From Nemertoderma westbladi (Eukaryota; Animalia; Xenacoelomorpha): a stretch of 64,000 nt of DNA. Of the stretch, positions 25,810-39,000 are shown piece after piece. The DNA is taken from the NCBI GenBank assembly GCA_032718475.1, contig JAUCBJ010006247.1, positions 1 to 64,000 of the forward strand, given 5' to 3'. Numbering within the stretch: position 1 is the stretch's first letter; each line of letters starts with the position of its first letter. A model generated the notes under the pieces. The model was not told where the DNA came from. It worked only from the letters and a program-made list of their open reading frames with translations, and searched no databases. The position numbers were made by a program, and so were the translations under genes.

Positions 25810-28700
25810 AAAAATATCGAGACATGAAAAATATCGAGACATGAAAAATATCGAGAGTAAAAATATTGAGAGTAAAAATATCGAGCGTAAAAATATTGAG
25901 AGTAAAAATAACGAGTGTTGAAAAATATCGAGTGTTGAAAAATATTGAGTGTTGAAAAATATCGAGAGTAAACATATCGAGAGTAAAAATATCGAGAGTA
26001 AAAATAACGAGTGTTGAAAAATATCGAGAGTAAAAATATCGAGTGCTGAAAAATATCGAGAGTAAAAATATCGAGAGTAAAAATATCGAGAGTAAAAATA
26101 ACGAGTGTTGAAAAATATCGAGATAAAAATATCGAGTGTTGAAAAATATCGAGTGTTGAAAAAAAACGATAATATCGAGAGGTCAAAAAATATCGAGAGT
26201 AAAAATATCGAGTGCTGAAAAATATCGAGAGTAAAAATATTGAGAGTAAAAATATCGAGCGTAAAAATATTGAGAGTAAAAATAACAAGTGTTGAAAAAT
26301 ATCGAGTGTTGAAAAATATTGAGTGTTGAAAAATATCGAGAGTAAACATATCGAGAGTAAAAATATCGAGAGTAAAAATAACGAGTGTTGAAAAATATCG
26401 AGAGTAAAAATATCGAGTGCTGAAAAATATCGAGAGTAAAAATATCGAGAGTAAAAATATCGAGAGTAAAAATAACGAGTGTTGAAAAATATCGAGATAA
26501 AAATATCGAGTGTTGAAAAATATCGAGTGTTGAAAAATATCGAGAGTAAAAATATCGATAGTAAAAATATCGAGAGTAAAAATATTGAGAGTACAAATAT
26601 CGAGAGTAAAAATATTGAGAGTAAAAATAACGAGTGTTGAAAAATATCGAGAGAAAAATATCGAGAGTAAAAATATCGAGAGTAAAAATATCGAGAGTAA
26701 AAATAACGAGTGTTGAAAAATATCGAGAGAAAAATATCGAGTGTTGAAAAATATCGAGTGTTGAAAAATATCGAGTGTTGAAAAATATCGAGAGTAAAAA
26801 TATTGAGAGTAAAAATATCGAGAGTAAAAATAACGAGTGTTGAAAAATATCGAGAGAAAAATATCGAGTGTTGAAAAATATCGAGTGCTGAAAAATATCG
26901 AGAGTAAAAAAATCGCGTCTTGAAAAATATCGAGAGTAAAAATTTCGAGAGTAAAAATATCGAGAGTAAAAATAACGAGTGTTGAAAAATATCGAGATAA
27001 AAATATCGAGTGTTGAAAAATATCGAGTGTTGAAAAATATCGAGAGTAAAAATATCGAGAGTAAAAATATCGAGAGTAAAAATATTGAGAGTACAAATAT
27101 CGAGAGTAAAAATATTGAGAGTAAAAATAACGAGTGTTGAAAAATATCGAGAGAAAAATATCGAGAGTAAAAATATCGAGAGTAAAAATATCGAGAGTAA
27201 AAATAACGAGTGTTGAAAAATATCGAGAGAAAAATATCGAGTGTTGAAAAATATCGAGTGTTGAAAAATATCGAGTGTTGAAAAATATCGAGAGTAAAAA
27301 TATTGAGAGTAAAAATATCGAGAGTAAAAATAACGAGTGTTGAAAAATATCGAGAGAAAAATATCGAGTGTTGAAAAATATCGAGTGCTGAAAAATATCG
27401 AGAGTAAAAAAATCGCGTCTTAAAAAATATCGAGAGTAAAAATATCGAATGTTGAAAAATATCGAGAGTAAAAATATCGAGTCTTGAAAAATATCGAGAG
27501 TAAAAATATCGAGTCTTGAAAAATATCGAGAGTAAAAATATCGAGAGTAAAAATATCGAGAGTAAAAATAACGAGTGCTGAAAAATATCGAGAGAAAAAT
27601 ATCGAGTGTTGAAAAATATCGAGAGTAAAAATATTGAGTGTTGAAAAATATCGAGTGTTGAAAAATATCGAGAGTAAAAATATCGAGAGTACAAATAACG
27701 AGTGTTGAAAAATATCGAGAGAAAAATATCGAGTGTTGAAAAATATCGAGTGCTGAAAAATATCGAGAGTAAAAACATCGAGTCTTGAAAAATATCGAGA
27801 GTAAAAATATCGAGTGTTGTAAAATATCGAGAGTAAAAATATCGAGTGTTGAAAAATATCGAGTACTGAAAAATATCGAGAGTAAAAATATTGAGTGTTG
27901 AAAAATATCGAGAGAAATATCGAGTGTTGAAAAATATCGAGAGTAAAAATATCGAGAGTAAAAATATCGAGAGTAAAAATATCGAGAGTAAAAATAACGA
28001 GTGTTGAAAAATATCGAGTGCTGAAAAATATCGAGAGTAAAAAAATCGAGTCTTGAAAAATATCGAGAGTAAAAATATCGAGTGTTGAAAAATATCGAGA
28101 GTAAAAATATCGAGTCTTGAAAAATATCGAGAGTAAAAATATCGAGAGTAAAAATAACGAGTGTTGAAAAATATCGAGAGAAAAATATCGAGTGTTGAAA
28201 AATATCGAGTGCTGAAAAATATCGAGAGTAAAAATGTTGAGTGTTGAAAAATATCGAGAGTAAAAATATTGAGTGTTGAAAAATATCGAGAGAAAAATAT
28301 CGAGTGTTGAAAAATATCGAGTGTTGAAAAATATCGAGAGTAAAAATATCGAGAGTAAAAATATCGAGAGTAAAAATATCGAGAGTAAAAATATCGAGAG
28401 TAAAAATATCGAGAGTAAAAATAACGAGTGTTGAAAAATATCGAGAGTAAAAATATCGAGAGTATAAATATCGAGAGTAAAAATATCGAGTGCTGAAAAA
28501 TATCGAGAGTAAAAATATCGAGAGTAAAAATATCGAGAGTAAAAATATCGAGAGTAAAAATATCGAGAGTAAAAATATCGAGATTAAAAATATCGAGAGT
28601 AAAAATAACGAGTGTTGAAAAATATCGAGAGAAAAATATCGAATGTTGAAAAATATCGAGTGCTGAAAAATATCGAGAGTAAAAATATCGAGTCTTGAAC
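25810..28700 (+). repeat. 15-17-bp composite minisatellite (AAAAATATCGAGAGT / AAAAATATCGAGTGTTG)n, left arm
   Basis: Directly visible tandem units with sub-block duplications. Confidence 0.97.
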
Positions 28701-28746
28701 TAGCTAGTATAATAAATCTGGTAAATGGGTACCCAAGGCGTATTAA

Positions 28747-30313
28747 CCCTATTAAACCCGGGGGGGGGTCAATATGACCCCCCCCCCGTGGTTTTTTTAT
28801 TATAATTCTGAAACAAACGCAGTTGGAAATCTGAAATTTTATGACTTTTCCTAAAAATCTATTGTCTTCCTAGTAGTGAAAACCGTTTTCAAAAATATTG
28901 GGTACTTTTCGAGTTATAGCACCATTTTTTAACCCTACTTTTGGCACTTTTTTTTGAGACGTTTTTTGAAAATTACATTTCATTAAATATGAATTGTAAC
29001 ATCTCTAATTTTGATTTACACCGGTTTTTTGGTGTTAGAAATTTGATGGAATTCATATCAATTGATTTAGAAATTTCAAACTTGTATTTTTCGGCGGGTA
29101 CCAAATTTTGGTGCCAGCACCAAATTTTGAAATAAGTCAATTTTGTAAATTGAACGTTTGAAACTTATTTTTTACGCAATTGGGGTTTTTTGGGTTTCTG
29201 GATTCGATGAAATATATACGAGTTGCACCAAGCGTATCAAACTTGCATTTTTCGGTGCTGTGTGCAAATTTTGGTGCTAGCACGAAATTTTGAAAATCCA
29301 TTCAATAGATAAAATTGCTTGTGACAATTTATTTCTTGCGTTTTAGAGGTTTATGGCTGTTCTGAATTCAATGGAAAATATAATTATCGAACTAGACATC
29401 TCAAACTTGTATTTTTCGGATGTGGGTGCAAAATGTGGTGCTAGCACCAAATTTTGAAAACCATCAAATATATCAATTGATTGTGTCACCTTGTTTCTTG
29501 CGTTATACGGGTTTGTGATGGTTCTGAATTCAATGGAATCAGTAAAAATTTCATAAGAGTTCTCAAACTTGTATTTTTCGCCGGTGGGTGAAAATAGTTG
29601 TGCCAGCACCAAATTTTGGAAAATATGCAAATTGATAAGTAGATAGTATCACCTTGTTTCTTGCGTTATACGGGTTTATGAGGGTCCTGAATCCGATGGA
29701 ATCAATAAAAACAGCACTGGACATCGCAAACTTGTACTTTTTGGTGATGGGTACGAAATTTGGTGCTAGCAAAATTTGCAAAATTACGCCGAAAAATACA
29801 AGTAGCAATGATCTGGCATATTAGAAATGTATTCCATTAGAATCGGCGCCCTCGAAAACCTGAAAATGTGAATTTATAGCATCGTATAAGTGAATTAAAA
29901 ATTTTGTGTTCTAACTGAAAAGTGCTGGTTACTTGTTTTTTTCATTTTTTTCCTACGCAGAGAGGACCCTACAGCCATTTATAGTAATCATATCATTTTT
30001 TAATATTTTCCAATGTATTTTGCACCCCAGAAAACCTGTATTGAAAAATAATTAGCCGAAAATGTAACTTTCAAATTTGGTGAAAATTGTGCACTACTTG
30101 TAATTTTGGTGCTGCAATATAACCACCCCAGTACATTTTTTCGAAATTTTTTTTTTTCGGTCGGATCCAGACAAGTGATACCTACGTACAAACAAAAAAT
30201 CAGACGTTTTCGTAAATATTTGTAGATTTTAGAGGGGGGGGGGGGGGGGGGGGGGGTCAATATGACCCCCTCCCGGTATTTGTACAACATTTTATAGCCC
30301 GGTACTAATAGGG
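28747..30313. mobile_element. Non-autonomous piggyBac-like element nested in the foldback spacer
   Basis: TTAA on both sides (28743-28746, 30314-30317); termini CCCTATTA...CCGGG / CCCGG...TAATAGGG; subterminal GGGGTCAATATGACCCC palindromes; internal diverged ~170-bp repeats; no transposase ORF. Confidence 0.85.
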
Positions 30314-30409
30314 TTAATGCCATTTATTTGCACTTGTACTGTTGTAACCCATGCACTGCAATATAGTCCCATAATTCTAAATAAAATGCTCACCCAAAAT
30401 GTAATATTT

Positions 30410-31190
30410 TTTTTTACTCTCGATATTTTTCAGCACTCGATATTTTTACTCCCGATATTTTTACTCTCGATATTTTTCAACACTCGTTATTTTCACTCTC
30501 GATATTTTACAACACTCGTTATTTTTACTCTCGATATTTTTCAACACTCGATATTTTTCAACACTCGATATTTTTCAACACTCGATATTTTTCAACACTC
30601 GATATTTTTCAACACTCGATATTTTTCAACACTCGATATTTTTCAACACTCGTTATTTTTACTCTCGATATTTTTCAACACTCGATATTTTTACTCTCGA
30701 TATTTTTACTCTCGATATTTTTCAGCACTCGATATTTTTACTCTCGATATTTTTCAACACTCGATACTTTTACTCTCGATATTTTTACTCTCGATAATTT
30801 TCAACACTCGATATTTTTCAACACTCTTTATTTTTACTCTCGATATTTTTACTCTCGATATTTTTACTCTCGATATTTTTACTCTCGATATTTTTCAACA
30901 CTCGATATTTTTTAACACTCATTATTTTTACTCTCGATATTTTTCAACACTCGATATTTTTACTCTCGATATTTTTCAACACTCGATATTTTTCACCAAT
31001 TTTTACTCTCGATATTTTTACTCTCGATATTTTTACTCTCGATATTTTTCAACACTCGATATTTTTACTCTCGATATTGTTACTCTCGATATTTATTAAT
31101 CACGTTAATTTTCAACACTCGTTATTTTTACTCTCGATATTTTTACTCTCGTTATTTTTACTCTCGATATTTTTCAAGTCTCGATATTTT
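30410..31190 (-). repeat. Inverted copy of the 15-17-bp minisatellite, right arm
   Basis: (ACTCTCGATATTTTT / CAACACTCGATATTTTT)n is the reverse complement of the left arm. Confidence 0.95.
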
Positions 31191-31496
31191 CACCATTACC
31201 GTTTGTTGCTAATTCTCACAAAGGAAGCAATTTTACTGATTTGTAAGTACCAAAGAGACAGGGAGGTGGTAAAAGTACTAAGGTACCGGTAGTCAAATGC
31301 TGTGATTGTCGACTTCCGTTTATGGTCAATTTTTTGCTCAAAAGAATCTGACGCCTATCTTTTACTGAAACCGATGTAACTATTTCATCACACCGTCAGA
31401 CCGTTGCCTCAAGTAGTATGAAGTATGAGTTGTACCAGATGCCAGCAAATAACGTTAAAGATGGCGATGGGAAAAGCAGTAAATGAGTAAACTTAC

Positions 31497-31862
31497 TTGA
31501 GAGGTTGCCAATGCATTATCGGTCTGTTTAATAGCATCATCGAATAAAAAGTTCTCACTAAAAACTTGTTTCAATAAATTCGACTTTTCCTGTTCGAGTT
31601 GAGTCAACGATTGTCGGTCTTTCCTTCCGGTGCGGGTACGGAACTTCTTCTCGAGCAATTCCGATCGAGCTTTATCGAGATTGGATGAACGCGTGGATGT
31701 GTGTCGGCGTTCCAACTCCCTCGGGGTCGCCTGGTAGGATTCCACGTTGCTAGATGAGTCATCCCACGGGGGTTTATCGCCTCTAACTGATCGCCTATTT
31801 GTTGACTTCTTGTTTAGAACGTGGACTGCTTGAGGTAGTAGATTCGATTTTGGTAGCGGCAT
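31497..31862 (-). CDS. SPICE1: SPICE1-like (spindle and centriole associated protein 1 / CCDC52), exon 1
   Basis: KPPWDDSSSNVESYQATPRELERRHTSTRSSN...ELLEK...LEQEKSNLLKQVFSE matches the recalled human N-terminus [32 protein letters not shown]...ELQEK...LEKRRLSIMKEILSD; ATG at 31862, GTAAGT donor at 31496. The spliced CDS is 2205 nt. Confidence 0.82.
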
Positions 31863-31943
31863 ACTGCTGTACTGCACTACTGCTGTACCGGTTCTTCAAT
31901 CTGACAGTGCAGTAGACCTTCAAAGCCAAAAATCAGTGACCAG

Positions 31944-34375
31944 GGGCGGTATTCATAATGTGACTAACTATGAACTTAGTCCTAGTCACAGCAAGTTAGT
32001 AAGTGCTTGTACTACTAATTCGGTATTCAGAGAAGTTGGTGCTACTTATTACTAACGTATTTCAGTATTTAGTACTAGTTCAGTTGTTGCTAAACTCGTA
32101 TTCATAGAATTTAGTCTTACTTAAGTTAGTATTATTAGCTGTAACTTAAATTTCTAGTCACATAAAGATGTGACTAAGTTGGTAAGAACGCTTACTTATT
32201 CTATGTTGGCCTTCATACATACAGTATGGTTATTCTGTTAATGACGACTCCGGCCACATTATACTCTCTCTTGTTTTTCTAGCATTTTGTGTTCATTGCA
32301 AATGTGTTGTTGCAGAGAAACTGTCAAATGTAACGACATAAAGCTTGTTGTTTTTTAAACATATATCCGACTAGATTTTCCAAATTTCAGCTTACATTCT
32401 TGAATGGTGAGATTGATCCCGAACGGTCCGCGTCCGTTGAAAAATGTGTTTCGCTAAAGAATTCTACCATTCGCGAACTTTCGCAAGATGAAAAAGCTGT
32501 TGCGTTCCTACTTCATTATTTTCCTCTCTATTACCGAACAGCCGAATGTTAATAATTGTATTCGATAATGGTAGCGAATTGAATTATCGACTTACTAAAA
32601 ATAATAATTTTTCACTAAAATTTTAACAGGAAATCACTAAAATATATGTGCCACATTATCCTAACCTAAATAATGAAGGGATTATATTTTACAACAGGCC
32701 ATAACAGATTTTATTCTTAAATTGTTACCTTTTCGCTCGAATATACCCCCAAATCGGGAGAAACTTTTTTTCCTTAGGGAAAAAAAGTAACCCATAGGAT
32801 TGCATTGATTTTACTTTTTTTCACGGCGAAAAAAGTAAATTAAAATATTTTTGGTGGAATATATTAAAGACGTAATCGATGATATTCGACGTAGAAAAGG
32901 TTTGCAAGTAATTTGAGCAAAATCCATTCACACACTCGAAAGTAATTGCAACTTTAGTGTCTGCAAGGCGAACTCCAAAACGGAACTCAATATCCAATAT
33001 TGGTTTATGTTGTTAAGCGGCTCTCTAGTTACGTAATAAATATCCGAGAACACTAAATTATTGTAACATTGAGTAAGGCAACATCAGGAGTTGAAGAGTA
33101 CAATAATATGAATCGTAGGAACTATGGAAGCAATATAGTAAAATACTACAGTTCAATTTATTTTGTAACACTACTGTGTAGTATATCGCTATGTTTTATT
33201 AAAGAATTGAGCAACAAAAAAGAACAAATTTAAGAATAAAATTACGTATTACATGAGAAAAGAAACGTAGAGCATTTTTTTTTCAATATTATTAATAATT
33301 AATAATAATGGCCCGTATGCATAAAACAGTCCTAAATTTACGTCCGTCGATTCATCTAAATAAATCGTAAGTTGGATTACGACTATCGTAGCCACGATTC
33401 TCGTACATTGGTTTGCATAAAACTGTTTACGATTAATCGCGCTTCCGATTACCGTAATTTAGTTCCGATGCTATTTTTACGATACTATTTTAGAGTGTTG
33501 CTGGGCAACTCTGTAAACAATACTGCGAAAATCTTAGATTCCTATCATCTTCCTTATTATTACAATATAATTCACTACTGTTGTATTGTTTTATAGGTAG
33601 CCTTAGCAACAGTATCCTATACTACCTTTTAGCCAATAAAAATTGAGTTGAATGTAAACTGGGGCAGATCGTAACTTTAATACTCTATAGAGAGCACCCT
33701 TAAATTTACGATTGAAATGAATCGTAAGTTTACAATCAAAGAGGATGACAATTTTTATGCATATCGATTTTGTTTACGATGGTCGTACAGTATATGCTGA
33801 CATACGACAATCGGAGGATTACGACGGTCGTGTTTGTTTTATGCATACGGGCCAATGTATAATAAATAATAACAACTAATAATGAAGAAAAGTTCTACTT
33901 TTTTCCCATGTAATATATAATTATATTTTTGATGATTCAAAAATATATTTTAGTTTATATAATTCAATTGAGTGGAGGAAATATATATTTGATAACGAAA
34001 AAAGTTTACTGGAAAACAGGAATTGTTTTAGTGACCAATAAAATTAATGGGTTTAATGTAGGCTACCAATACAAGTAAAACAGTAAACATAGAGACATGC
34101 AGGGCATAGCTACCGTCCTTAAGTTAAAACTGGAAGCTTTTTGATAAACATAAGTTAAAGTACCGGCACTGGTACTAATAGGCTAGAACTGAGTTTAGTA
34201 ACAGTTTATGAATACTGAAATTTTTTAAGGGCTAGTTGAAACTAAGTTAAGTCAATGCGCTTACTAAAATCAGTTGTTTTTAGTAACAGATAGCTCTCAC
34301 TAAACATAGTTGCAGCTCTTACTAAAAGCTGTCACTGAGTAGCTGTAACTAATACTATCTCTATGAATACCGCCC
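31944..34375. mobile_element. Non-autonomous PIF/Harbinger-like element
   Basis: TIR GGGCGGTATTCATA / TATGAATACCGCCC with 3-bp TSD CAG (31941-31943, 34376-34378); subterminal ACTAA-rich repeats. Confidence 0.85.
33310..33853. mobile_element. Harbinger-like MITE nested in the larger Harbinger element
   Basis: 18-bp TIR GGCCCGTATGCATAAAAC / GTTTTATGCATACGGGCC, 3-bp TSD AAT. Confidence 0.88.
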
Positions 34376-34970
34376 CAGGAAAACACCCATAGCAAAAATT
34401 TTAGCATGGTTTTGTGCTTTCGTATTGCTAGATATATATTGACAGATATTCTCACATGTTAATAGATAGTTTTTGCGCGGAAGGTTCAAACTTCAAAGGC
34501 AATTATCTCGGATTGGTATTTTTTAATTTTCAAAATACATCTTCTCCGCCATTTTTCAACCAATTTGTAAGTTTTTGGTATCAATTGGAAGCTACTGTAG
34601 TAGTACTAGTAATAAAAATAAAATATAATAGCAATAATAAAATACGAGCAGTTTTTTTTAGTTTTGCAACTGTTCATCTGTTATATCATTTTTTAAAAAA
34701 CAATCCTTTTTAACGCTATTTTCCTTGAAAAGTATGAAACAAAAATTATGTTCGAATTTTTTCACGTAATCGGCCATGCTGATTACAAAAATACAGCTTA
34801 CAACTTCTGAAAATAAAGCATAAGAATAAGCATTTTAAATGAACAATAATGTAAATTGTATCAAAATGTATCTTACACTTTTTTTCTACTTATTCGCTTT
34901 TTGGTGCAGTATGCAATTCAAAATGTTGACTTCCAAGCCCCCTGTACCCCCCCCCCCCCCCCCCCCTTAA

Positions 34971-36417
34971 GGGGGGGAGTATGTAATTGACCATAAATAT
35001 TTGAAATGTGAAGTCTATATCAATTAAAAGTTTAATTATCAACAAATTTTAACAGGATGAGTAGAAAGGGTCATAATTTTCAAAAAAAAAAATTTTTTTA
35101 ATTTCAAAATTTTTCATGAAAATTTCATGAAAATTACAAAAAGTAAATAAAGTGCTAAAACATTTTAAACAAATACCAGAATTTGTAAAAATTTCACATA
35201 GACAGTCAGTGTAATGCTCTAAACAAGTTGTACAGACATAATTTTGGTATCTGTTCGGGAAGTTCAAAAAGCACCAAAATGCACAATTTTAGCAACAAAA
35301 AAATTGAAAATGTGCAGAAATAGGTAATAATTTGGCGAAATATTTGAAAATAACGAGTTTTAATTTAGGTTTCAAAATTCTGTTTGTACCAATTGTTAAG
35401 TATATGATATGGATTGATTGTGCAAAAAATCAGATCAGTGGCCTCATTTCTTATGAAGTTATAGCGTTTTCCATTTGAAAATTATTGTTTTGAGAAAAAT
35501 GGGTTTAAAGTTTATAAACATATTTCTAACACTAACGCATTTTTCTCTTGTCAGTCAAAATATTTAAAAGCTCACCAACTAGATAAGATTTTCGCAAGGG
35601 AGGTTTTCAAAGTCACTGATTTCATTTCTGAGGTCACTTTAAATGTATGACTGAGCCTAATCTGTCCGTATGTCAGTCTGTCTGTCTGTCGGTCGTGTTG
35701 TCTGTCCAAGGGTTTGTCTGTTAATATATAAGGACATACAATAATAATAATACAAAGCTTCCCAAAGTAGCTAAAATATTTCCTACGGGGGTTTTCCTGG
35801 TCGCTGATTTCATTTCCGATGCCTATTTTCACTTTTAATGAAATGTATTCTGTCTGCACGTTTGTCTGTCGGTCTGTCTGTCTGTCTTGACAGACAGGTT
35901 GTCGGAACGACAAACAGACATAATAGAATTTGATAAAAGTGAAAACTGACATCAAAAATGAAATCAGCATCACGGAAAACCCCATAGCAAAATATTTGGC
36001 TAGGTGGTATGCTGTCCTTATATTTTGACAGACAGCTTGTCGGACAAGACAGACAGACAGACATACAGAGAAGACAGACAGACAGAAAAACAGACAGACA
36101 GATACTGTAGACAGACATAATAGTTTTCGATAAACGATAAACATTTAGCTAGGTGGTATGCTTTCTTTATATTTTGACAGACATACCATCAGATATACAA
36201 GGACCGACATACCGGTATACAAGGCACAAGGACCGACAGTCTACAGTACACATCTAAACAGAGTAAGGTTAACATTATCAATGATAACTTTTGAACAACA
36301 TTAGCTTATAAAAAACGGTTAAAAGTTTTGAAATCCTCATAAAAATCTGCTCTAGGGAGGATTGGAAATGAAAAATCGGTTTTTTTTCGGAATTACATAC
36401 CCCCCCCCCCCCCCCCC
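34971..36417. mobile_element. Non-autonomous Kolobok-like element (TTAA TSD, G-run termini) with internal (GACA)n tracts
   Basis: TTAA|GGGGGGGAGTATGTAATT ... AATTACATAC(C)n|TTAA; internal inverted GTCT/AGAC-rich modules. Confidence 0.7.
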
Positions 36418-36549
36418 TTAATGACACTGGACTTAAATCACTGACGTTAGACTCGCTGTAGTCCTTATACTTAATTGAATTAATATTTTTCCAGATGCCA
36501 GAGGTGCCTGAAAGGAGAGAAATACAGTAAGTATCGCCTCAATCAGCCA

Positions 36550-37065
36550 CAGTATCAAGGAAACGATGGAAGGTTTTCACTTTGAGACTTTTCGCTCTAT
36601 CGGGAGGCTAGAGAACTGCAGATGAATCACCTGCCTCAAAAAGACGCTACATGTAGTGTGATAGGCCTACATATATTTTATGATTCAGCTTAAACATTAA
36701 GATCAAGGAAATGGAAGAGGTTATCACTTCCATAAATTTCGCCCTCTGGTGACAGACTTGAGTAGTGCAGACCGATTACCGACCCCACAAAGGCACAGGA
36801 TGTGTTCTAGCATATATCTGACAAGTTTCAGCTTGAACGGATCATAAATAACGGAAATGGATAACGATTTCATTTTCAGACATTTCGCCCCTTGCGGCAG
36901 ACTAGAGAACTACGGACGAGTTAGCCCCCTTTCAATGACACAGCTAATGGTCTAGTACAAATTTCATATTAAACGGATTAAAAGCAAAGCCAACGAAATG
37001 GGATGACATTTAATGTTAATACACATGTCTGCATGTATTCCTCTAGCGGGAGACTGTTGAACTGA
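36550..37065. repeat. Diverged ~147-154-bp tandem repeat, 3-4 copies
   Basis: Recurring AAGGAAA..GGA...TTTCGCCC(T/C)...AGACT(A/T)GAG block at ~36593, 36740, 36886 and 37040. Confidence 0.55.
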
Positions 37066-37614
37066 TGGTGTCTGAGAATTAGCTCTTAATTGGCAAATTA
37101 TAAATTATAGTTTGTACATAGGCGAGTCGCTGATCGCAACTACTTGAGTTTATGACTTTCCATTAGATCATTAGAAGTACTTTGTACAGTATATGATTAA
37201 TAGGCCTACATTAATACAGTATATTGTATGATAAGTTAACAATCAGATTCATCTCTCATTCTCAGTATATAATAATAATAACTATAAACTTTCAAGGCGT
37301 ACTATAAATAAAGACGATGATGTGCTATGTAACTGGTTGCGTGGTCACCGACACTGAGGGCCAGTATAGCTACAGTAGCTATCATGTATACAGTAGAATA
37401 TAATATAGTATCGATACAACGCGGCCAATGCACAGTACACTTGGGATAGCTAAGATAGCTTCTCCTCTAGCGTGTGCCGTGTGCTAAGGAAGTTATATAA
37501 ATGAGTTCTAAGTTCACCTAAGATCGAAATTCGCTTTGCTTTCAACGTGGGTTCGCTTCGGGCTTCGCGACTAGCATGATGATTACCAAAGGGCAAAGGC
37601 TTTTAATACCATAA

Positions 37615-38075
37615 AGTAGGATGTAAGTTCACCTAGGATCTAAGTTCGCCCAGATAGGATCTAAGTTCACCTAGTTACAGTAGGATCTAAGTTCACCTAG
37701 TTACAGTAGGATCTAAGTTCACCTAGTTACAGTAGGATCTAAGTTCACCTAGTTACAGTAGGATCTAAGTTCACCTAGTTAGGATCTAAGTTCACCTAGT
37801 TAGGATCTAAGTTCACCTAGTTAGGATCTAAGTTCACCCAGGATATTATCTAAGTTCACATAGTTACAGTAGGATCTAAGTTCACCTAGTTAGGATCTAA
37901 GTTGACCCAGATAGGATCTAAGTTCACCTAGTTACAGTGTAGGATCTAAGTTCACCTAGTTACAGTAGGATATAAGTTCACCCAGATAGGATCTAAGTTC
38001 ACATAGTTATAGTAAGATCTAAGTTCCCCCAGTTAGGATCTATGTTGGCATATACTGTAGGACCTAAGTTCGCAA
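37615..38075. repeat. 21/26-bp minisatellite (TAGGATCTAAGTTCACCTAGT[TACAG])n
   Basis: Directly visible; two length variants differ by TACAG. Confidence 0.93.
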
Positions 38076-39000
38076 AGATCTAACTCCATCAAAGTCAGGC
38101 CCTGCAGGATTTAAGTTCGTTTTACCATCAGCAATGATCAGGTACAGTTTGTTACAGTACAGAGTTATACAGTTACAGAGTTATACAGTATATTATTATA
38201 CATGTCTGCCTGTCTGCAGGTATACAAGTATGTCAGTAACAGTATGTAGCATGTAGTTTAGTACATAGTACCGGCGCTTCCTAACCCCAGACAGCCAGAA
38301 CCCAGTAACCTCTTCACCTGCTATCGCTATCACTGTATCAGCACAGCGTCACAGATTGAAGAGGTTGATAATAATCTCAGTGATAATTGTAGGCCTATCT
38401 GCCTATTCCAGTAATCAAATGTACAGATTACTGATGTAGTCCAGTCGAGGCGACTGCTGTAACGCAACCTAACAGCCTAACGACTGGCGGATTGGAAAAC
38501 TGGAACTGAGGAAGGAACAGATTACGGCATTGACCGAGCGCGAGCACGGAACGCGGGAACGGGATAGGCCTATCAGAAGTAAGGTGAAACCGAGACGAGC
38601 TGACGAGGAGATCACCCGGGTCTCGACCTCAGATCTCCTCTTCGACTCGACACTGTATGACTGTGCCATTCAGCCATTTTCATTTTCCTGGCAGAGCGAC
38701 AGAGGAGGGAGGATATACCAGCAGAGCAGTAGCGGTAATCTACGAAGATATTGTGGACTTGTGGAGCGAGGCAGGTAAGAGTAAGAGTTAGGAGACTGGT
38801 TCTGGTTATGTAACGAATAGCGCGACCAATTTTAATTTTAATAGTTTAAACTGTTAGCAGGGAAGCCGGATAGAAGTAGACCGGAAAAATAATAATACTA
38901 GGCCTATAAGAATAATACTGTAATATCCATATCTCGGCATGTTGTGTAGCTTGAAGTTGGATACCTACCTATACCAGTTGCCATTATAGGTACTGCTATA

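Larger units (their letters stand above)
25800..31200. mobile_element. Foldback-type DNA element with minisatellite-built inverted arms (Merlin/MULE-FB-like), in SPICE1 intron 1
   Basis: Termini GGTTATATTGAAAAATATCGAGAC / GTCTCGATATTTTCACCATTACC; GTTTGTTG duplicated at 25792-25799 and 31201-31208; left arm 25800-28700 and right arm ~30410-31200 are inverted arrays of the same units. Confidence 0.85.

Noticed and set aside
25732-31292. F/L/S/I-rich ORFs up to 531 aa
   Set aside because: Translations of foldback arm repeats inside a SPICE1 intron.
32240-32530. Possible Myb/SANT remnant inside the Harbinger element
   Set aside because: Broken frames with only faint similarity; cannot be supported by eye.
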